From Bacteroidales bacterium (lineage in GTDB: Bacteria > Bacteroidota > Bacteroidia > Bacteroidales > WCHB1-69): 64,000 bases of DNA. Both the position numbers and the translations under genes were made by a program. Shown here one piece after another: positions 59,083-64,000 of this stretch. The DNA lies in NCBI GenBank assembly GCA_024400635.1, contig JAKSMI010000001.1, forward strand, positions 193,534 through 257,533, read 5' to 3'. How positions within the stretch are numbered: position 1 is the stretch's first letter; each line of letters starts with the position of its first letter. The notes below the pieces were generated by a model. That model saw only the letters and a program-made list of their open reading frames with translations. It had not been told where the DNA came from and made no database searches.

Positions 59083-60570
59083 ATGCAAAACCTGATATTC
59101 ATACTATTTGCAGTATACACGCTATTGCTGTTTGTCATTACGGGCTTCACGTCTCGTAAGGCCAACAACCAGACCTACTTTACCGGCAACCGCAAGTCGC
59201 CATGGTTCATCGTAGCCTACGGCATGATTGGAGCTTCACTATCAGGGGTTACCTTCATGTCCGTTCCCGGTGATGTTGCCACGACGCAATTCACCTACTT
59301 TGGCGTCGTGCTTGGATACATTCTTGGCTATCTTACCATTGCCTACATCTTGCTGCCTATTTACTACAAATACAACCTCACTTCCATTTATGAATTTTTA
59401 GGCCAACGCATCGGCAATTCCGCACACAAAACAGGTTCGTTACTGTTCATCATTTCGCGGCTGATGGGTTCCGCATTGCGTATGTATTTGGTAATCTTTG
59501 TATTACAGACATTCGTTTTTGACAGCTGGGGCATCCCCATCTGGCTCACGGCCAGTATTATGATTATCATCATCATACTTTACACCTTCCGGGGGGGATT
59601 AAAAACCATTGTTTGGACCGACACCCTGCAAACCACCTTTTTACTCACCGCATTAATCGTCACATTAGTGATGATTTTCAAGAATTTAGGTTTCAGTTGG
59701 GGTGAAATGTGGACAGAAATGAAGACGGCGGGCTATACCAAAACTTTCAACACAGACTGGCACGCCAGCAATTATTTTCTAAAACAGATTTTCGGAGGCA
59801 TGTTCATTACCATTGCGATGACCGGTTTGGACCAGGATATGATGCAAAAGAATTTGTCATGCCGCACGCTCAAAGATTCACAACGCAACATGCTGTCATT
59901 CACAGGCATCCTAGTGATTGTCAACATATTATTTCTTGCCTTGGGTGGCGTTTTGCTTGTTTATGCCAACAAGAACGGCATTGATGTCAGCCAGATGCCG
60001 ACAGACCGAATTTTCCCGGAATTGGCTTTCAACCACCTGGGCAAACTTGCCAGCATCTTCTTCATCATCGGATTAATTTCGGCTGGATATTCCAGTGCTG
60101 ACGGGACTTTTACGGCGCTCACCACCTCGGTTTGCTACGATTTACTCAACATAGAAAAGCGTTTCCCGAATGAAAAAACACAGGCATGGGTTCGCCGTTG
60201 CGTACACCTTGCCATTTCGCTTCTGTTTTTAGCCGTCATCGTCATCTTCTCAAGTCACCACAATGATGCCATCATCCGCATCATCTTCATGGTTGCTTCA
60301 TACACTTATGGACCGATTCTTGGACTTTTCGCCTTTGGCATTTTCACAAAAAGAACCATCAAACGCCACCATATGATTCCCATCATTGCCATTGCCATTC
60401 CCGTACTCTGCTACATTGTCGCATCACATTCTCAACAATGGCTCGGTGGCTACAAGTTTGGTTTTGAATTGCTCATTGTCAATGGTGGTCTGGTATTTTT
60501 GAGTTTGCTGGCAATTAGTGAAAAAGACGAAGAAACGAAGAAATTGATTAAAAGTGAAAAAATATCATAA
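59083..60570 (+). CDS. Sodium:solute symporter (SSS) family transporter
   Basis: About 13 TM helices and SSS-like segments (GNRKSPWFIVAYGMIGASLSGVTFMSVPG, GGLKTIVWTDTLQ). Confidence 0.85.
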   Translation: MQNLIFILFAVYTLLLFVITGFTSRKANNQTYFTGNRKSPWFIVAYGMIGASLSGVTFMSVPGDVATTQFTYFGVVLGYILGYLTIAYILLPIYYKYNLTSIYEFLGQRIGNSAHKTGSLLFIISRLMGSALRMYLVIFVLQTFVFDSWGIPIWLTASIMIIIIILYTFRGGLKTIVWTDTLQTTFLLTALIVTLVMIFKNLGFSWGEMWTEMKTAGYTKTFNTDWHASNYFLKQIFGGMFITIAMTGLDQDMMQKNLSCRTLKDSQRNMLSFTGILVIVNILFLALGGVLLVYANKNGIDVSQMPTDRIFPELAFNHLGKLASIFFIIGLISAGYSSADGTFTALTTSVCYDLLNIEKRFPNEKTQAWVRRCVHLAISLLFLAVIVIFSSHHNDAIIRIIFMVASYTYGPILGLFAFGIFTKRTIKRHHMIPIIAIAIPVLCYIVASHSQQWLGGYKFGFELLIVNGGLVFLSLLAISEKDEETKKLIKSEKIS

Positions 60571-60574
60571 AAAC

Positions 60575-61672
60575 ATGAAACATACTTCAAGTATTTTATT
60601 GGTTTTAGCGATGATGTTTATGGGCCCGATGATGGCTCAGAAGCAAGTATACAAACTGCCCATCGATGCCGGTGTGAAACTTAGCGGCAACGAATTCGGG
60701 TTCATGATGCCTACCACTGCAATCAAACTGGACGTAACCGTGACCAAAGTTCGCGAAATCAAAGGATATTATGCCGATGACGCTGAAAAGATGCTCGGAT
60801 TGACCAATGTCATCGCCAACAACCGCACCTACTACAAGCTCTGCAATGTTGAAATCTCGACAGAGATCGTACCTGACAACACCCAGACCTATTTGGTCGA
60901 ACCCTCTTCAAACATGATAAAAAGCAATAGTTTGGCGCAATCTCTATTACAAAAAAGCTCAACAATAGATGGAAAGAGTTATGCATATAGCACCAAGACG
61001 AGCAACATTCCGGATTTTTTCAAGAATTACGCCAATGTTTCCTATACTGAAACCGAAGACGACTTTGTAGAAACAAAAATCATCAATGGTGTAGTTACGC
61101 AGGTGCCTGCCAACCGTACCAAATTGGTCAGCAAATCCGCGGGGCAAAAAGTTCAAGAAGCCGCAGACCGCATTACGCAAATCCGTAAAGACCGCAACAG
61201 CCTTATCGCCGGCGAACAAGAAGTTGCCTATAGCAAAGAAGCCCTTGAGTTGATGATTAACGAACTGAACCAGGCGGAAAACGACTATTTGGATCTATTC
61301 CGCGGCATCGTCCTTGAAGATGAAACCCATTACATTTTCTATTTCATTCCAGAAAGCGACAACTTATGTTTTGATATTTTCAGCCTTGACCAGCATGAGG
61401 GATTTGCAGCACCCGCAAGCGAAAATGGTGTCAGATATCAATTACGTTTCTCCCCTATAGTCAATATGCCGCAATACACAGTTTCCTCTGATGTAAAACC
61501 CAGTCCGAAAGGATTCCCCATACGTCAAGAACAGCAATTTGAAGTATACCTGCAACTCAACCACGAGAATGTACATAATTTCGGCACCTTCTCGATGTTG
61601 CAATGGAGTCCCGTAAAATTTCTGCCTTGCAACCTTGATCCCGACATCAACAATATCGGATTCATTTTTTAA
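60575..61672 (+). CDS. DUF4831-like secreted protein
   Basis: Signal peptide MKHTSSILLVLAMMFMGPMMAQ, then VYKLP...IKLDVTVTKV...GYYADDAEKMLGL, typical of DUF4831. The ATG at 60575 is preferred over the overlapping GTG at 60554. Confidence 0.6.
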   Translation: MKHTSSILLVLAMMFMGPMMAQKQVYKLPIDAGVKLSGNEFGFMMPTTAIKLDVTVTKVREIKGYYADDAEKMLGLTNVIANNRTYYKLCNVEISTEIVPDNTQTYLVEPSSNMIKSNSLAQSLLQKSSTIDGKSYAYSTKTSNIPDFFKNYANVSYTETEDDFVETKIINGVVTQVPANRTKLVSKSAGQKVQEAADRITQIRKDRNSLIAGEQEVAYSKEALELMINELNQAENDYLDLFRGIVLEDETHYIFYFIPESDNLCFDIFSLDQHEGFAAPASENGVRYQLRFSPIVNMPQYTVSSDVKPSPKGFPIRQEQQFEVYLQLNHENVHNFGTFSMLQWSPVKFLPCNLDPDINNIGFIF

Positions 61673-61674
61673 TC

Positions 61675-62205
61675 ATGAAATATAAAATGAAAAAAATAAG
61701 TTTCTCCATTCCCTTGACATTTCTGGTTCTGTTTTTTGCCATTTCCTGCCATAAAAAGACAGCAGAAGAAGTGCTAAAAGAACATTTGCAAACCTGTGCC
61801 AACGAATATGTTCATAGCGAAGATGGTTTGGGAATTGCCAATGCCGACTCAATCATTGTCCACAGCATTGACACTGTTACGGAAATGGGCTATGCCAAAA
61901 TCGTTTTAGAATTGCTTGAGAACCTTGAGTTTCAGTACAAAATGATGTACGATGAAGCCACCATGTCCGATAATGACCAAAGAATTCACAATTTGGAAGT
62001 TTATCTACATATGATTGAAACTCAGACTGACAAGTTTCGCATCATTGAAGAATCAGAAGCTGTTGACAATCAGCAACTTTTATTATATCTAATTTCAGGG
62101 ACCTATTACAAGGGGGGTGAAAACGGAGATTTTATATGTTTTGCCAATCCAGATTTCACATTACACATCCTTGATCCATTTGCAGACAATTTAATTGAAA
62201 AATAA
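61675..62205 (+). CDS. Hypothetical lipoprotein
   Basis: Lipobox FFAISC. It starts 2 nt after the upstream stop. I recognised no motif. Confidence 0.5.
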   Translation: MKYKMKKISFSIPLTFLVLFFAISCHKKTAEEVLKEHLQTCANEYVHSEDGLGIANADSIIVHSIDTVTEMGYAKIVLELLENLEFQYKMMYDEATMSDNDQRIHNLEVYLHMIETQTDKFRIIEESEAVDNQQLLLYLISGTYYKGGENGDFICFANPDFTLHILDPFADNLIEK

Positions 62206-62250
62206 ACGTTATAATCAATAACCATCAAAAAAATTTATAGTTCAAACGAT

Positions 62251-63087
62251 ATGAAAAAGACAATCTTTATTTTAGGAATGATTATACTGATGGCTTCCTG
62301 CGATAAAATCAAGGGACCTTATGTTCAACCTTCGAAACAAATAGATGTTGACATTTCATTTCCTGATTTGGACACCAATCAGGTTTTCAAAAAGATACTT
62401 TTCGAGGAATACACCGGGCATCAATGTCCGAACTGTCCTGATGGGCATCAAATTTTGGAGCAAATGGTGGCACAATATGGCGACACATTGGTTCCTATTG
62501 GCATTCATGCCAACTGGTTTGCGCAGACTGGCAATCCCCCATTCGATTACGATTTCCGTACCGAAGCTGGTGAAACGATGTACACGGATTTCGGCATCAC
62601 CAGCAATCCCGCTGCCATTATCAACCGAGAAAGTAATCCTCCATTGGCCAAAGAAATGTGGCAATCCTCAGTCGCTGCTTGCAACCACGATAAAATCGCG
62701 GCCATTCAAATCATCAACAAATACGACCACGATTATCAATCTCTCACAGTATATACACGCACCACAATGTTGCGCAACTACACAGAAAAAGTTCAGATGT
62801 CGTTGCTGTTAGTAGAAGACAATATCATAAAACCTCAGCAGCATGGCAGTTCAATAGATACATTTTACGTTCACAATCACATATTACGCCAAGGCATAAA
62901 CGGCACCTATGGTGAAATCATTTCTCCCAATGGATTCGTTCAGAAAGATTCTTCCTATTTGTACGGATACGTTCTTGACTTTGAAAGTACCGATTGGAAG
63001 CCTGAAAATTGCAGCGTGGTTGCCATTTTGTGGGACCAGACCAACCGGAAGGTCTTACAAGTAGAAAAAGCAAAAGTTATTCAATAA
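62251..63087 (+). CDS. Omp28-related outer-membrane lipoprotein (thioredoxin-like fold)
   Basis: Lipobox LMASC and the EEYTGHQCPNCPDGH motif, characteristic of Omp28-related proteins. Confidence 0.6.
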   Translation: MKKTIFILGMIILMASCDKIKGPYVQPSKQIDVDISFPDLDTNQVFKKILFEEYTGHQCPNCPDGHQILEQMVAQYGDTLVPIGIHANWFAQTGNPPFDYDFRTEAGETMYTDFGITSNPAAIINRESNPPLAKEMWQSSVAACNHDKIAAIQIINKYDHDYQSLTVYTRTTMLRNYTEKVQMSLLLVEDNIIKPQQHGSSIDTFYVHNHILRQGINGTYGEIISPNGFVQKDSSYLYGYVLDFESTDWKPENCSVVAILWDQTNRKVLQVEKAKVIQ

Positions 63088-63193
63088 TATTGATAACGGT
63101 TTAATTTTCAACATATTGAATCATTATCACATCAAGAAAAGCATGAAGTCATACGGCGAGTAAAAAAATAATTTGACATATCAAAAAAAATTG

Positions 63194-63201
63194 TATTTTT
63201 G
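63194..63201 (+). promoter_or_regulatory. -7 box TATTTTTG upstream of tRNA-Leu
   Basis: Consensus TAnnTTTG ending 11 nt before the tRNA 5' end. Confidence 0.55.
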
Positions 63202-63212
63202 CACCCGCTTAA

Positions 63213-63294
63213 GCCCAGGTGGCGGAATTGGTAGACGCGTACGTTTCAGGTGCGTATATCGAAAGATGTGCAGGTTCGATTCCTGTTCTGGGCA
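63213..63294 (+). tRNA. tRNA-Leu (anticodon CAG)
   Basis: Hand-folded cloverleaf. Acceptor GCCCAGG/TCTGGGC, anticodon arm TACGT-TTCAGGT-GCGTA, a long variable arm, T arm GCAGG-TTCGATT-CCTGT. CCA is not encoded. Confidence 0.9.
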
Positions 63295-63303
63295 CAAGAA
63301 AGT

Positions 63304-63336
63304 CCCAACTAATCAAAGAATTGGTTGGGTTTTTTC
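63304..63336 (+). terminator. Hairpin plus T-run after tRNA-Leu
   Basis: CCCAAC...GTTGGG stem followed by TTTTTTT. Confidence 0.5.
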
Positions 63337-63389
63337 TTTATTTACAAGAAAGATTATTAATTCAAACAATCACATAAAAAAAACAAGAA

Positions 63390-63677
63390 ATGAATTCAAG
63401 TATTAGCATTTGGGAAATTTTAATGTTGCTTTGTTTTGCCTGCAGCTGGCCGGTATCCATTGTCAAATCCCTACGCACCAAAATCGTTTTGGGGAAAAGT
63501 CCAATATTTATGGTCATCATCATCATTGGCTATATTTTTGGCATCATACATAAAATCTGTAATGATTTCGATTTGGTAACTTTCCTGTACTTATTTAACC
63601 TGCTGATAGTTAGCGCTGATTTATGTCTTTACTTCTACTATATTGGCAAGAACAAGCGGGATTTGTTGCAAAAATAA
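63390..63677 (+). CDS. Small three-TM membrane protein, possibly PQ-loop/SemiSWEET-like
   Basis: 95 aa with three hydrophobic helices. The first helix ends in CSWPVSIVKSLRTK, which loosely resembles a PQ-loop motif. Confidence 0.4.
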   Translation: MNSSISIWEILMLLCFACSWPVSIVKSLRTKIVLGKSPIFMVIIIIGYIFGIIHKICNDFDLVTFLYLFNLLIVSADLCLYFYYIGKNKRDLLQK

Positions 63678-63708
63678 ATCAAAATAAATTTCGGAGAGAA
63701 ACAAAAAA

Positions 63709-63736
63709 GCACTTACAAAAGTAAGTGCTTTTTTTT
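63709..63736. terminator. Bidirectional terminator between the small membrane ORF and tRNA-Arg
   Basis: GCACTTAC / GTAAGTGC stem with an AAAA loop, an A-run on the 5' side and T8 on the 3' side. Confidence 0.65.
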
Positions 63737-63742
63737 GTCAAG

Positions 63743-63816
63743 TGACCCATGCAGGATTCAAACCTGCAACCTTTTGATCCGTAGTCAAATACTCTATTCA
63801 GTTGAGCTAATGGGCC
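63743..63816 (-). tRNA. tRNA-Arg (anticodon ACG)
   Basis: Hand-folded from the minus strand. Acceptor GGCCCAT/ATGGGTC, D arm GCTC/GAGT, anticodon arm TTTGA-CTACGGA-TCAAA, T arm GCAGG-TTTGAAT-CCTGC. Confidence 0.9.
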
Positions 63817-63833
63817 ATTAGAATTTCGGTTTG

Positions 63834-63841
63834 CAAAAATA
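63834..63841 (-). promoter_or_regulatory. -7 box (TATTTTTG on the minus strand) upstream of tRNA-Arg
   Basis: The plus strand reads CAAAAATA, 17 nt upstream of the tRNA 5' end. Confidence 0.5.
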
Positions 63842-64000
63842 GGAAAATTTTCAATACAAATTTCTTTTTTCAAAAAAAATTTTTTTAGTCGGATTTTTTC
63901 AACTTCTTTCATTGGAAGTTATTAAAAATCAGCTGTTGACAATATTTTATCATGCAAATAAAATCCTACACACTAAACATATACTTTTGTAAGTTAAAAT

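Noticed and set aside
63173-63406. ORFs 63173-63406 (+) and 63679-63912 (-)
   Set aside because: They overlap tRNA-Leu and tRNA-Arg respectively and are explained by the RNA genes.
63213-63816. Genomic-island insertion at the tRNA genes
   Set aside because: There is no integrase, and I noticed no duplicated tRNA 3' segment (att-like direct repeat) nearby. Only one small ORF lies between the tRNAs.
1-64000. Search for CRISPR arrays, defence islands, prophage or transposon genes, reverse transcriptases or retron-like elements
   Set aside because: I saw no regularly spaced direct repeats. I also saw no integrase, transposase, recombinase, RT, nuclease-helicase or toxin-antitoxin-like ORF pairs. 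Nearly all DNA is accounted for by housekeeping or cell-envelope genes.

Overview
The window reads as a chromosomal, mostly housekeeping segment of a Bacteroidota genome. Three things support that assignment. TAnnTTTG -7 boxes sit in front of many genes. T9SS and gliding genes are present (porU, a PorP/SprF-family gene, gldJ-like, gldF, gldG). The rpsL-rpsG-fusA-rpsJ block has no tuf. I can support about 58 protein-coding genes, one SRP RNA, two tRNAs (Leu-CAG, Arg-ACG), two to three gene remnants, and several promoters and hairpin terminators. Genes sit in very compact co-directional blocks: 12332-16599 minus, 21926-28280 plus, 47952-54017 minus, 54154-59012 plus. I saw no transposase, integrase, phage gene, reverse transcriptase, CRISPR array or recognisable defence module. 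I do not see a clear-cut novel system. The best candidates for a second look are: (a) the capD / Wzz-like / gldF / gldG / unknown P-loop ORF block; (b) a PHP-type phosphoesterase apparently tethered to the membrane at both ends; (c) an ffs-tsaC-wzx-asnB-like-mtaB string, in which tsaC has no room for its own promoter and the AsnB-like enzyme lacks its N-terminal Cys nucleophile; (d) a decayed patch of paralogous gene fragments at 9.85-10.82 kb; (e) a str/S10 ribosomal block that ends at a terminator right after rpsJ. All functional calls come from motif recognition by eye on the translated ORFs. No database search was run.
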